From a phage: a stretch of 64,000 bases of DNA. Each line of letters begins with the position of its first letter. Positions within the stretch are counted from its first letter, which is position 1. Shown here one piece after another: positions 9,994 through 19,506 of this stretch. Where the stretch lies: sequence record PZ495249.1, one strand, 5' to 3'. Position numbers and translations under genes: made by a program. The notes beneath the pieces were generated by a model, which made no database searches, was not told where the DNA came from, and saw nothing but the letters and a program-made list of their open reading frames with translations.

Positions 9994-10995
9994 TTAAGCA
10001 GTAGTCAGACGAACAACCAGTTCTGGGCGAGTGTTAACTGCCAGAAGAGAGAATTCAGACTGTAGCTGAACTGTACGGTGTTCTGATACCATGAAGGTAT
10101 ACAGTTCACGAGCAACAGTGTTCGCCAGTTCAGGTGTGTCAGCAGGAGCGTAGTGCGCCTGGAACATATCTGGGATACCCATTGGCAGCACGAATGCTTC
10201 ACCAGCAGGGATGTTTCCGTGGATATCTTCGATGTAAGTTACACCGTTCCATTCGAACACTTGAACGTCCATGTTGCCACTCAGACGGTCACGCAGCAGG
10301 TTTGGAGTACCTTGGAAATACTGGTACGCCTGACGCACGAACGGAGAGTTCACCAGAGAGGCGAAGAACTCGCGAGAGCACAGAGCGATGATACGAGTAG
10401 CGGTAGAACCGTCTTGTTTCTCGTCGATGATGTACGCACGAGCTTCCTGTTCTACAGTTGCCGCAGGGGAAACAGTAGTAGAAGTGAAGTCGATTGGTAC
10501 AACTTTCTGTGTTGCGTTCCATTCTGTGTACCAGTTGTACGCAGAGTTAGCTGCACCACCTGGTCCATTGTACGCGAAACCACGTACTGCATCAGCAAAG
10601 ATAGTTTCTTTGGTTTTGGCTACGTCGCGCATGATTTGAGTCATGTAGCGGTTAACAACTTCCGCTTCGGTACGAAGACTATCGTTGATACCAGCCATAG
10701 CGAAGCTACGGAAGGATTGGATATCCTGTGCCTTAATGTTCTTATCCAGAGGGAAGAACGGAATACGGAAGACTTTAACGCTTGGTGCGTCCATAGTCAG
10801 GAAGTTACGTTCACCACCACGTTCACGGGCAGGAATCAGACCATCAGCGTTTTTCTGTTTACCGATTTCGATAGCAGTAGTCGCGTGATAGTGAGTGTCG
10901 AACAGGCCAAGACTTGCGATCAGAGTATCAGGGGTGTCCTGTAACTCGATCATTGGGCTAAAGTCTACAACCTGGTCCAGAATAATAGCTGGCAT
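9994..10995 (-). CDS. major capsid protein, 333 aa
   Basis: Size and position (after decoration/scaffold genes, before a strong terminator) typical of a major capsid gene. Confidence 0.6.
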   Translation of the reverse strand: MPAIILDQVVDFSPMIELQDTPDTLIASLGLFDTHYHATTAIEIGKQKNADGLIPARERGGERNFLTMDAPSVKVFRIPFFPLDKNIKAQDIQSFRSFAMAGINDSLRTEAEVVNRYMTQIMRDVAKTKETIFADAVRGFAYNGPGGAANSAYNWYTEWNATQKVVPIDFTSTTVSPAATVEQEARAYIIDEKQDGSTATRIIALCSREFFASLVNSPFVRQAYQYFQGTPNLLRDRLSGNMDVQVFEWNGVTYIEDIHGNIPAGEAFVLPMGIPDMFQAHYAPADTPELANTVARELYTFMVSEHRTVQLQSEFSLLAVNTRPELVVRLTTA

Positions 10996-11016
10996 GTATT
11001 AATCTCCTATTAATAA

Positions 11017-11409
11017 TTAAGAAGTGAAAACGACTTTTTCAGTCAGTTTCAGATCGTGAGTTTCCAGAGCAGCTACACCAGCGTCGTCGATCAGATTACC
11101 ATTTTTGTAGTAAACTGCGAAACGGTTTAGAGTCAGGTCACGTACACCAACAACTGCGGTGAAAGTGTCACCCACAGCTACATCGTCGATACCGAACAGT
11201 GCATCAGTCCATAGAAGAACTTTAACAGCACCAGAGGCAGCGGTAGCTTCCGTGTTGTCGGCTTGCAGTACAGAACCAATTTTCATGGTTGCAGTTTTAA
11301 CCAGGTTTACTTCGCGAACGCAGTGTCCAAGGTCAGAACTGAATACTCCACCCAGAACAAGGTGTCCGAATTCCTGGCGGTAGTTAGATAATGAAATTCC
11401 AGTTGCCAT
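11017..11409 (-). CDS. putative head decoration protein, 130 aa
   Basis: Small ORF directly upstream of the major capsid gene; Gly/Ala/Val-rich. Confidence 0.4.
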   Translation of the reverse strand: MATGISLSNYRQEFGHLVLGGVFSSDLGHCVREVNLVKTATMKIGSVLQADNTEATAASGAVKVLLWTDALFGIDDVAVGDTFTAVVGVRDLTLNRFAVYYKNGNLIDDAGVAALETHDLKLTEKVVFTS

Positions 11410-11427
11410 TAATTAAATCTCCTGAGA

Positions 11428-12558
11428 TTATTTCTGGGCTTTAGATTTTTTAAGTTCAGCGGCTTTCTGACGAATCAGATCAGAGGCAGATTTAGCAACT
11501 TGTTCTTGGTTGTTAACATCAACACCAACTTCTTTGCCAAATTCTTTCTTCACTGCTTCAACTTCTTCGCGAGCTTTCTCAAATGCAACAACAATAGTTT
11601 CAGCGATATCTTTGTTTTCGATCAGGTATTTAACCAGCGCTTCTACTTTGTCTTCTGCTACGAAATCATAAGATTTGATTACGGTAGCGTATTCGTCTTC
11701 AACACGAGCCAGTTCAGCTTTACGCAGTTCTTCTGCTGCTGCCTGTGCCTTAGCGATTTCTTCCTGAGCAGCGGCTTCGGCTTCTGCTTTCGCTTCGGCT
11801 TTTGCTTTTGCAATTTCTTCTGCTACCTGAGCTTTAATTAGCTCTTGGATTTCCGCAGATTTCAGGATTTCGTCTTTGTCGATATTTTCCAAAGGGATAT
11901 CTCCTTTATTTATGTCGGTTGTGTTTGCAGGGGAATTTGTATTTCCTTCTGCTGGATTATCCTCTGCAATCACAGAGTTCTTATCGGCGCGAGCATCAGA
12001 TGCTTTCACCAGGTAATCTTTTACATGATCAAATTTAATAGCACCTTTAACAAGGTTGCCTAATGCATCGTCGATCAGGTTATCAAAGAAATCCAGAGAG
12101 ACTAAAACATCACCGTCAACTACTTGATAATCTGTTGTCTGCACTACCGGATTAGCCACATCACCAACTTCAACAAGAAGTCCATTCAGTGTAAACTCAG
12201 TAGAGAACATTCCGTAGTCGCTACAGAAAATTACGATACCATTATCAAAGTCGGCATCCACAACATATACCCAATCCCAACCTGATTCGTATTTCTCACG
12301 AACAGCTTCTTGCAGAAGTGACATTAGTTGGTTAAGGTATGATTTACGTAGTTCGGTAACATCTTCACCCATCTTTTCGAGAGCTTCTAATTTCTCAAGA
12401 TTGATTTCAGGGTTGTCACCAGATTTGAAAAGTAAGGGGGTATTAAACCCAGAAGCTGCACCGCCTTGGAAATCGAAGGTATATGCGATGTGCGCTCCGC
12501 ATGAGTCTTCCGTAGCTTTACTTGAAAAGTCTACGTCAGTTAAATAAGTATGTGCCAC
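11428..12558 (-). CDS. putative scaffolding (or protease-scaffold) protein, 376 aa
   Basis: Strongly charged Ala/Glu/Lys-rich coiled-coil C-terminus (AEEIAKAKAEAKAEAEAAAQEEIAKAQAAAEELRKAE); between portal and capsid genes. Confidence 0.4.
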   Translation of the reverse strand: MAHTYLTDVDFSSKATEDSCGAHIAYTFDFQGGAASGFNTPLLFKSGDNPEINLEKLEALEKMGEDVTELRKSYLNQLMSLLQEAVREKYESGWDWVYVVDADFDNGIVIFCSDYGMFSTEFTLNGLLVEVGDVANPVVQTTDYQVVDGDVLVSLDFFDNLIDDALGNLVKGAIKFDHVKDYLVKASDARADKNSVIAEDNPAEGNTNSPANTTDINKGDIPLENIDKDEILKSAEIQELIKAQVAEEIAKAKAEAKAEAEAAAQEEIAKAQAAAEELRKAELARVEDEYATVIKSYDFVAEDKVEALVKYLIENKDIAETIVVAFEKAREEVEAVKKEFGKEVGVDVNNQEQVAKSASDLIRQKAAELKKSKAQK

Positions 12559-12560
12559 GA

Positions 12561-13040
12561 TTAGTCCTTCTTGACTATTCTACCCATAGCGCCAATGCTC
12601 AAGCCTTTAAGAACTCCGTCCTTACGTGCTTGGTATAGCTCTGCGTCGTAGAATTGGATTTTAACGAGAGGTGTACCTTCAACAACGAGTTCGTCACCAA
12701 TATAACAATCAACTTCATTAACCCATGCTTTAACTGGTTTAAATTTGTCAGTGTTTTTCAAGTGACCAAGATTGCCACTTACGTTGGCAATGTTTGCGTT
12801 GAAGTTGTCAACCATCTTTCTGATCTCAAGGTCAGACATACGTTCACCGTGAAGGTCGTCGTATTCTGGTGGACAATACATCACTTCGATAACTTGCATT
12901 TGTTCTTCATCAAACTTATTGTGTTTGATTACTTGCGCAGGTGTATCTTCTGGTGTAGAATCTTGTTGAGATGTGGAATCCTTACCCATAGCTTTAAAGG
13001 TTTCGAATAGATTCCAAAGTGTGTCTTTATTCAGTTCCAT
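12561..13040 (-). CDS. head morphogenesis protein, 159 aa
   Basis: ORF between portal and scaffold-like gene. Confidence 0.35.
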   Translation of the reverse strand: MELNKDTLWNLFETFKAMGKDSTSQQDSTPEDTPAQVIKHNKFDEEQMQVIEVMYCPPEYDDLHGERMSDLEIRKMVDNFNANIANVSGNLGHLKNTDKFKPVKAWVNEVDCYIGDELVVEGTPLVKIQFYDAELYQARKDGVLKGLSIGAMGRIVKKD

Positions 13041-13135
13041 GAGGTTCCTCGTAAAAACAAATATCCCATAAATCTTAGTCTACAGGATATTCGCTTATTT
13101 GTCAATACCTAAATTAAAAATTTTTCAAATTATTT

Positions 13136-14704
13136 TTAATTCGATAAATTTGCTGCTGAGTTGTCGGTTGCTGATGGGCTTGTTGAAGTGCCGTTTCCGG
13201 CTCCTGCTGCGAGTCCATCCCCAGAGCGTGAGGTTTTATCCGGTAAGAACGTAGCTGAGAACTCAGCCCACTTCTCAGGGCTTGTCACAATATCATCAGG
13301 GATACGATAGTTGATTCCACACATTGCGTAGAACTGGTTCATAACTTCTGGTGTCACTGCGATAGCTCCGGCTGCTACCAGTTGCTGGATAGCTTTGGCA
13401 TTTACCTCGATATTAGGATCGCCAATGTCATCACTGACAAACTTAGGCATATCTTCATCAGATAAGAAAATACCGTTAAGGCGAAGCATCTGCGGAATTA
13501 ACTGCGTATTGATGGCTTCTACCACGATATCAACATCACGTTCAATAAAGTGTGATAGTAATGTTTGTTTGTTATCGGATAATGCAAAACTACCTGCATC
13601 TCCGTCACCCATAATCAGAACACCTGCACCGAAACGGTTAAAGATATCCAGCTTACGCTGTTTGATTAGGGCTTGTGTGTCAAACTGTTTACCTGTACCT
13701 TGAACACCCTGGAAAGCAAGATCATATTGACGCATTACCGTTCCTTCGTAAACGTCAGAAGGTAGCACCATGTATGACTGCTCACCTGCGTGTAGGTTGG
13801 CAATATTAGCCTGTAGCACACGTAGAGATTGTGCCTCATCACCTTCTGGGTTCAGAGATGCACGATTAAGAATGTCGCTTGGAACCATCAGCACTGGCAT
13901 ACCGCCAAGGTCTTTTGATACCCCAACAACTTCGTATTCTTGGATCAGAGATTTCTCACGCCATGATCTGTACACTGCTAACAGTGGACTCACACCGAGA
14001 GGGTTATTCTCTGTAATATTGCTCCCGACATAAAGCACCTTATCCATCGGGATTTCTTTACGACCAAGCAGAGATACGTTAGTGCCTGGTGTCACCATAG
14101 ATCCGGTGATATTCTGGTTCACCGTAAGAATTGTGCGACCATCAGCAGAATAAGTGAAAGGCTCTGATAGATCAATTGTATCCTGGGGTCTAAACGCCAA
14201 TTTAGTAATGCGATAGTAACCGAAATACGGACTCTTTGGATCTTCGTCAAGTTCAAATACTTTCTCCGCAAACGCGAAACCAAACTGCTTGTATGTCAGT
14301 AATGAACGAACATACTGGCGAAGTGGAGCGTTCATGTTACGCAGAGCGAAGTCAACAAATTTTGCAGCCTTTCTTGACTTAGCTGATTTAACGTTGTATT
14401 CTATTGTGAAATCAAAGAATGCTCTGTCTACAAAGATATAGGTAGCGTCAAGAGCAGTTGCTACGTCTGGGTCTTCGCCCATCTCTTTGTACGTGCGGAT
14501 ATTCTCTGGGAAGCGAGTTTCATATGGCTGCATGAAATTCGTAAAGGCTTTGATTGAATTAAGCCCGATAGTACCAATTTCAGGCGACAGGAGTAAACTC
14601 TTTTCCTGCTGTGCTGTCTTAGTCGGTGAAAGTGTGGCTTTATTCGTCGTACCTTTGTTCCAGTAATCCGATTTTTTAGTGTACTTACGTTTTTCCGTTG
14701 ACAC
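13136..14704 (-). CDS. putative portal protein, 522 aa
   Basis: About 520 aa ORF directly downstream of the large terminase. Confidence 0.55.
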   Translation of the reverse strand: MSTEKRKYTKKSDYWNKGTTNKATLSPTKTAQQEKSLLLSPEIGTIGLNSIKAFTNFMQPYETRFPENIRTYKEMGEDPDVATALDATYIFVDRAFFDFTIEYNVKSAKSRKAAKFVDFALRNMNAPLRQYVRSLLTYKQFGFAFAEKVFELDEDPKSPYFGYYRITKLAFRPQDTIDLSEPFTYSADGRTILTVNQNITGSMVTPGTNVSLLGRKEIPMDKVLYVGSNITENNPLGVSPLLAVYRSWREKSLIQEYEVVGVSKDLGGMPVLMVPSDILNRASLNPEGDEAQSLRVLQANIANLHAGEQSYMVLPSDVYEGTVMRQYDLAFQGVQGTGKQFDTQALIKQRKLDIFNRFGAGVLIMGDGDAGSFALSDNKQTLLSHFIERDVDIVVEAINTQLIPQMLRLNGIFLSDEDMPKFVSDDIGDPNIEVNAKAIQQLVAAGAIAVTPEVMNQFYAMCGINYRIPDDIVTSPEKWAEFSATFLPDKTSRSGDGLAAGAGNGTSTSPSATDNSAANLSN

Positions 14705-14803
14705 TCCAATCTCCTTAGATTGATGCTGGACAAATAAAACTACCCCAATAAAGGGGTAGACTCTAAAGTTACTTTAACATACTTTGACAACTTTTGTCAA
14801 GCT

Positions 14804-16897
14804 TTATCTGCGACGAGTAGACCAAGGCTGAGCGAAGGAAGCCCTTGAACTGTTTTGCAGTTTTCCGTATCCGGTGGTTGCTCCCATCGGTGTAGGAATG
14901 GCTACAGCTTTGAATACTTGCTCTTTTGACAATGTGTTGAAGCATGATGCCGCAGCATCGGGAATATCGTCTTTAAGCGTTGCGGTAGAACGTTCCCCGT
15001 TGAACGATTCGAGTTCTTTGTAAAAGTGATCCAAAGTCTCTTTGTTCGGGAATGATTCTTCAACGATGTAAACGAAACCATTCTGACATGCACTACTGAA
15101 CGGCATGAAACGCTGGAGCTTCTTCTTGTTACCAGGCATTGCGTCCGGCTTAACAATGAATCCCTCTGCGATCAATTTCTTCGCTGACTCGGTGTATTCA
15201 ATTAAACCTGCACCAGATGGATCTTTCGGTAACACTACCGTCACTTCATCACCATCAATTTTACATTGCTGGAGAATCAGATTATCACGATCACCTGGTA
15301 GGCGACGGAATCGACCAAAGATCTTGCTGTCTTTATCCTTAGCGTCATAATCATAATCACCAAAGATATAAATATTCCCGTCCGAGTCTTTCGCCATCTT
15401 AACAGATGTTGTATAGTCAGGGTAACGATAAGATTCAGTTGGAACAGAAACAGCCTTATCCCATGCTCGCATGTATTTCAGGTTGTTTGGCAGATCTGCA
15501 AACTTGATTACGTTCAGCCATTCGCGCTGGAAGAAACTCTCTTCTTGCGCACGAGCAAACCAGCAACCATCCAGAAGCTGTGCTCTCTTAACCGCAGTCT
15601 GAGATTTCAGAGCAGCAAGATATTTAGGGTTGAGGCGAATCAATTCAGGGTTATCGAAGATTGTACCACCGATGAACACGAAACTCTGTGGTTCAATGTC
15701 AACCATCTCTCCGGTGTTTGGGTTGATGATTTGACAGTTGTCAGGATACTTCTCTTTGAGTTCTTCTGCTGTCTCAGCAAATACTGGTTCATCTTGAACG
15801 ATGATGAAGTAAAGCTGCTTACCGCACATATCTTCACGAGGGAATCCCGCTTCATCCAGATATGGCAACACCCAATTCAATACCCAACTATCTGCATCAG
15901 GGTTACAGGTGCAAAGCATGAATGACGTTTCAGATTCAGAACGAAGACGACCAAGCAGGTATAGGAATTCATACTGTGTGAAGTGTGTCAATTCGTCGAA
16001 ACCAATCATAGAATACTGTGTACCCTGATGGTTAGTCTCTGCTGTTACGTTATCATTCTCTAAGTGGTCAAACTTGAGCGTACCACCTTTCGTTGCTCTG
16101 AATTCCATCTCCATTGCCTGTTCACGAACGTGCGGGCGTAGTGGAGAATATAGTTTCTTAGCCTCAGAGAACAAGCCCCCTGGTTTACGGTGAGCAGTGG
16201 TATTCTTACGGAATAAGATTCCCCCGAAGAGAGGATCTTTGTATGCGTATTTAAGCGCCTTTAAAAGCAGTAGGCGAGACTTACCGCTATTGCCAGTAAC
16301 GAAGATGTGATCGCCACGTCTAAAGACAACATAGCTACTTGGAGTTTCAAAACAGTATTTCTTATCATCGGTTGTCATTACCTCGTGAATTTTCAGGTGA
16401 GTGCTTGGCTTACCTTGAATGTTAAACGGTACACGCTTTCCAAACGGGTTTTCAATATATCCTCTGAGAGGATGCCCTGCTTGTTGTAACGCGATCAGAT
16501 CCCCAACAAGGATCTCGAAATGCTTCTTGGATTTCTTCTTCTTGTAGAATACAAATCGGTGTTCCATACTCAATTCTTGGAATACACCAACACCATTCGT
16601 AATACGATGTAAGTTGTCACTTGTTTCATGTTCTACGAAATACGGTGAAGTTAGTTCAAGACGTTTATTACGAGGATTGTATTGATAAATATCCTCTCCT
16701 GAATATCCGCTGATTGGCTTCCAGCCATCCACTGTCAGATATTCTGTTTCTGCACTGACACATCCCGCAGCCCCACCGTAAATCATTAGCTCCGGCATTA
16801 AATCCATCGCCAGTGTTTGTTTACCTGGTTGTGCTTTTACTTCAATGTCAGCATCTGCCAACGACATATTGGCCTTAGCTTTTGGTGTCCTTGCCAC
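14804..16897 (-). CDS. terminase large subunit, intein-containing precursor, 697 aa
   Basis: Removing residues 46-203 gives GGAAG-SGKS (Walker A GxxxxGKS); Walker-B-like IGFDE downstream; position ahead of portal. Confidence 0.65.
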   Translation of the reverse strand: MARTPKAKANMSLADADIEVKAQPGKQTLAMDLMPELMIYGGAAGCVSAETEYLTVDGWKPISGYSGEDIYQYNPRNKRLELTSPYFVEHETSDNLHRITNGVGVFQELSMEHRFVFYKKKKSKKHFEILVGDLIALQQAGHPLRGYIENPFGKRVPFNIQGKPSTHLKIHEVMTTDDKKYCFETPSSYVVFRRGDHIFVTGNSGKSRLLLLKALKYAYKDPLFGGILFRKNTTAHRKPGGLFSEAKKLYSPLRPHVREQAMEMEFRATKGGTLKFDHLENDNVTAETNHQGTQYSMIGFDELTHFTQYEFLYLLGRLRSESETSFMLCTCNPDADSWVLNWVLPYLDEAGFPREDMCGKQLYFIIVQDEPVFAETAEELKEKYPDNCQIINPNTGEMVDIEPQSFVFIGGTIFDNPELIRLNPKYLAALKSQTAVKRAQLLDGCWFARAQEESFFQREWLNVIKFADLPNNLKYMRAWDKAVSVPTESYRYPDYTTSVKMAKDSDGNIYIFGDYDYDAKDKDSKIFGRFRRLPGDRDNLILQQCKIDGDEVTVVLPKDPSGAGLIEYTESAKKLIAEGFIVKPDAMPGNKKKLQRFMPFSSACQNGFVYIVEESFPNKETLDHFYKELESFNGERSTATLKDDIPDAAASCFNTLSKEQVFKAVAIPTPMGATTGYGKLQNSSRASFAQPWSTRRR
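16289..16762 (-). mobile_element. mini-intein (158 aa) inserted in the terminase P-loop
   Basis: Insert begins with Cys (CVSAETEYLTVDGWKPI) and ends with Asn followed by Ser (HIFVTGN|SGKS), splitting the Walker A motif. Confidence 0.55.
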
Positions 16898-16905
16898 TTA
16901 TCCTC

Positions 16906-17235
16906 CTACTTGGAAATGATACCTTTCTCTTGCAATGTTCTGATATAATTCTGCAAGGATGTTAGTTTAGCTCTATCTTTACTCCACAACACATTGTTTG
17001 AGGCTTGGTTATCAACCACCTCAGAACGGCTCACGCCGCGCTCTATCTGTTTTGTAGTGTAAGGAATAGGGTGAGATGGGTTATCCATGTCTGTAGCGTC
17101 TGGAGCCTTAATCTGCTCCGTTGCTACCGCTTTGCATTGATCAATTAGAATCGGTTGGGAAGCTTTCGTTGATGATGCGCAGCCCGTCATCGCGAGGGGC
17201 AAAGCAAGACATAGAGCCAGCAGAAGTTTTCGCAT
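16906..17235 (-). CDS. putative o-spanin (outer-membrane lipoprotein), 110 aa
   Basis: Internal start MRKLLLALCLALPLAMTGC is a lipoprotein signal with lipobox; gene overlaps the i-spanin 3' end in another frame. Confidence 0.5.
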   Translation of the reverse strand: MRKLLLALCLALPLAMTGCASSTKASQPILIDQCKAVATEQIKAPDATDMDNPSHPIPYTTKQIERGVSRSEVVDNQASNNVLWSKDRAKLTSLQNYIRTLQEKGIISK

Positions 17236-17584
17236 AGTCAGTCTTCTCTTGGTTAGTCTTCCTTTCTTTCTTATCAAGTTGCTCACGAAGATCTTTGTTC
17301 GTTGCTGAAAGAGAGGTGATTTGTTTATTAAGATCAGTTCTGTCCTTGTCGGCTTGTGCCTGGAGAACATCAAACTGTTGTTTAGCTTTTGCCTGATTAT
17401 TCTTATCAACTTGCACTTGATATGCAATACCAGCACCATACCCTTCTTGGTATATGCTGTCTCGGATACTTGCTGCACATAGATATAGAACAATCACAGA
17501 TGCAATGATGAGAATAGCACTTCTCACCCACTTATTCTGAAATATCTTCGCCAGTAGGCTCAGGAATGTCGTCATAATCTGCAA
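17141..17584 (-). CDS. putative i-spanin, 147 aa
   Basis: N-terminal transmembrane helix (SAILIIASVIVLYLCAA) followed by a charged coiled-coil periplasmic region; overlapped by the o-spanin gene. Confidence 0.5.
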   Translation of the reverse strand: MQIMTTFLSLLAKIFQNKWVRSAILIIASVIVLYLCAASIRDSIYQEGYGAGIAYQVQVDKNNQAKAKQQFDVLQAQADKDRTDLNKQITSLSATNKDLREQLDKKERKTNQEKTDYAKTSAGSMSCFAPRDDGLRIINESFPTDSN

Positions 17585-17610
17585 ACCTTATCTTCGGGAG
17601 ACTCGGTGAA

Positions 17611-17787
17611 TTATTCTTGATTTGTTTCACTGCCATTGGCTGAGCTTCTTGAAGAATCTCTTCCCATGTCTTTTCCGTCATCATAATCTAATTCCTCATC
17701 GAGATCCCAGTTACGGGAATAATCATTCTTCTTGTCACGGTGGACAGAAGAACGGTTAAAGTCATTCTTTGCTACATAGTTTCTCAT
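17611..17787 (-). CDS. small ORF, 58 aa, hypothetical
   Basis: Strong SD (AAGGAGGAAAGT) before ATG; acidic product; below the 60-aa cutoff of the supplied track. Confidence 0.3.
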   Translation of the reverse strand: MRNYVAKNDFNRSSVHRDKKNDYSRNWDLDEELDYDDGKDMGRDSSRSSANGSETNQE

Positions 17788-17947
17788 ACTTTCCTCCTTT
17801 TCTTTGATCTTATCACAAAACGCACAGTAATTGCAAGCATTTTAAACGAAAAAATCCCCTAACCTTTCGGAGAGGGGCGTTAAATAACGAGGAGGATGGG
17901 AGCAAGGCTCCCAAGAGAGGAGAGATGTTAATCAAGCAGACACTTGA

Positions 17948-18247
17948 TTAGATTGAGATTTTAAGACGTTCAGTACCAGCAGACTCAGGCGTTTCCTCGT
18001 CGGCTTCTTCCATTGCTTCGTAATGTTCTTCCAGCCATCCTTCGACTTGCTCTTTGACAGTCTTCGCTGCTTGGAAGCGCAGATTCTTGGGTGCTTGATC
18101 GTCCATAACAAGTTCGACGATATATTTCATAGCAGCCAGATATTTATCTGCGAACAGTTCCTTTACTTGTGCCTGGGCAGCGTCCATCGCGTAGATTTGC
18201 TGCATCTCGGCTGTTGGTCTACCACGACCACGTTTTAGTTTTGGCAT
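17948..18247 (-). CDS. hypothetical protein, 99 aa (possible small terminase or DNA-binding protein)
   Basis: Basic N-terminus (MPKLKRGRGRPT), acidic C-terminus; location upstream of packaging genes. Confidence 0.35.
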   Translation of the reverse strand: MPKLKRGRGRPTAEMQQIYAMDAAQAQVKELFADKYLAAMKYIVELVMDDQAPKNLRFQAAKTVKEQVEGWLEEHYEAMEEADEETPESAGTERLKISI

Positions 18248-18311
18248 AATTGCACCTCCTAATAATTCATTTTAACATGAAATTATTAGTTTGTAAAGTA
18301 ATTTGTTTTGG

Positions 18312-18337
18312 ACAAAAGAAAACCCGCCGGAGCGGGT
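18312..18337 (-). terminator. intrinsic terminator at the downstream end of the tRNA array
   Basis: Minus-strand CCCGC-UCCG-GCGGG hairpin followed by a U-run. Confidence 0.45.
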
Positions 18338-18449
18338 TATCAGATTTGCGTTTAGAAGTCGCAACCCTTCACTCTTAGAAGGAACCAGGCAAGGTCTTCG
18401 AAGATACCGCTGGAGCGGAATTTGGTATTCAGACTTGCGTCTTCAATAT

Positions 18450-18524
18450 TGGTTGTAGCAGATGGAATCGAACCATCATCAATCGGTTATCAGCCGAACG
18501 TATTAGCCGTTATACTATGCCACA
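18450..18524 (-). tRNA. tRNA-Ile (anticodon GAU)
   Basis: Encoded CCA, 7-bp acceptor, T-arm GATGG-AATCGAA-CCATC, anticodon loop reads CUGAUAA. Confidence 0.55.
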
Positions 18525-18530
18525 ATTGTT

Positions 18531-18613
18531 TGGCATCCAGGTGAGGAATCTAACCCCTTGAAACTGGTTTTGGAGGCCAGCAACGGGAACACCCATTTTT
18601 AATCTACCCAGAT
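18531..18613 (-). tRNA. degenerate tRNA-like element or pseudo-tRNA
   Basis: Preceded by the ATTGTTTGG boundary motif; acceptor stem possible with two G.U pairs; T-loop degenerate (AATCTAA); no clean anticodon arm. Confidence 0.2.
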
Positions 18614-18619
18614 ATTGTT

Positions 18620-18695
18620 TGGAGGCGGGAGCCGGAATCGAACCGACCTGCGACAAGCATATGAAACTTGTGAGTTCCCAGAACTCTATCCCGCA
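18620..18695 (-). tRNA. tRNA-Met (anticodon CAU)
   Basis: CCA encoded; T-arm GCCGG-AATCGAA-CCGAC; anticodon loop UUCAUAU; position 1-72 appears mismatched. Confidence 0.5.
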
Positions 18696-18699
18696 CTTT

Positions 18700-18775
18700 T
18701 GGTTGATAGTAAGAGAATCAAACTCTTCTCACAACGCCGTATGAAAGCGTCCGAAACATCAGCTTCACACTATCA
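18700..18775 (-). tRNA. tRNA with CAU anticodon (Met, fMet or Ile-lysidine)
   Basis: Perfect acceptor (TGATAGT/ACTATCA), T-arm AAGAG-AATCAAA-CTCTT, anticodon loop UUCAUAC. Confidence 0.5.
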
Positions 18776-18776
18776 A

Positions 18777-19040
18777 TTAAACACGATGGATTATTTTAAC
18801 TGTCTCACCCTTATCATTCATAAGGTAGGCACTTTCATTCCTATGAATAAAGTCCGTAGAGTTGCCACTAATGACACTTGCAATAACACCATCCAGCTTA
18901 TCATAACCTTCAAAATGATATTGGATGTGTATATTTCCATCAAGTTCTATATAATGTTCTTCTTCATCTACCTCGTAAGGTACTGAGTCATAAATTTTTG
19001 TCCCTTTGGGGAACTTGCGAACTATTTTCAATGTATACAT
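18777..19040 (-). CDS. hypothetical protein, 87 aa, inside the tRNA array
   Basis: ORF with good SD (GAAGGAAATACT-ATG); no recognisable motif. Confidence 0.4.
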   Translation of the reverse strand: MYTLKIVRKFPKGTKIYDSVPYEVDEEEHYIELDGNIHIQYHFEGYDKLDGVIASVISGNSTDFIHRNESAYLMNDKGETVKIIHRV

Positions 19041-19124
19041 AGTATTTCCTTCGTAGTGTTTATATTAGTAATATGCCGTCCCAAGCCGAACGGCGATTAG
19101 TGTTTTAGCTTGGCATTGATAATA

Positions 19125-19199
19125 TGGTACTTCCTGGAGGAATCGAACCACCGACGCTCACCTTGTAAGGATGACGTTCTACCATTGAACTAAGGAAGT
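19125..19199 (-). tRNA. tRNA-Val (anticodon UAC)
   Basis: CCA encoded; perfect acceptor ACTTCCT/AGGAAGT; T-loop AATCGAA; anticodon loop CUUACAA. Confidence 0.55.
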
Positions 19200-19272
19200 A
19201 TGGCGGGGATTTTCCGCACTGTCTATCGCGATATGGACTCGGACAGTGTTCTCGGCTAAATACCCCATTGTT

Positions 19273-19359
19273 TGGTACATCAGGTCAGACTCGAACTGAC
19301 ACGCCCTCACGAGCACTGGAACCTAAATCCAGGGCGTCTACCAATTTCGCCACTGATGC
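19273..19359 (-). tRNA. tRNA-Leu (anticodon UAG), type II
   Basis: 87 nt with long variable arm; T-arm GTCAG-ACTCGAA-CTGAC; anticodon stem CTGGA/TCCAG; loop UUUAGGU. Confidence 0.55.
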
Positions 19360-19367
19360 ATTTAATT

Positions 19368-19444
19368 TGGTGGAGAAGTGGAGAATCGAACTCCATACTC
19401 GAAGGTGCAAACCTCGTGTTTTAACCGAATATTACTACATCCCC
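19368..19444 (-). tRNA. tRNA-Ala (anticodon UGC)
   Basis: CCA encoded; T-arm TGGAG-AATCGAA-CTCCA; anticodon loop UUUGCAC. Confidence 0.45.
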
Positions 19445-19506
19445 AATTTGTATACACTACACAGAAGATAGGTCTGATTGCCTCGGCAGTTGCCGTAGTG
19501 TTTATC

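Noticed and set aside
10153-10944. 263-aa plus-strand ORF antisense to the major capsid gene, and similar antisense ORFs inside other structural and enzyme genes.
   Set aside because: Each is fully contained in a longer, motif-bearing gene on the other strand, lacks an RBS, and has low-complexity Cys/Arg/Ser-rich translations.
18340-18450. Possible additional tRNA between the terminator and tRNA-Ile.
   Set aside because: No acceptor/T-arm complementarity could be found; the CTTCGAAG palindrome there does not sit in a cloverleaf context.
19200-19272. tRNA-sized 73-nt spacer between tRNA-Val and tRNA-Leu, starting with TGG.
   Set aside because: Only a 4-bp GGGG/CCCC acceptor-like pairing and no T-arm; more likely a spacer with a small hairpin.
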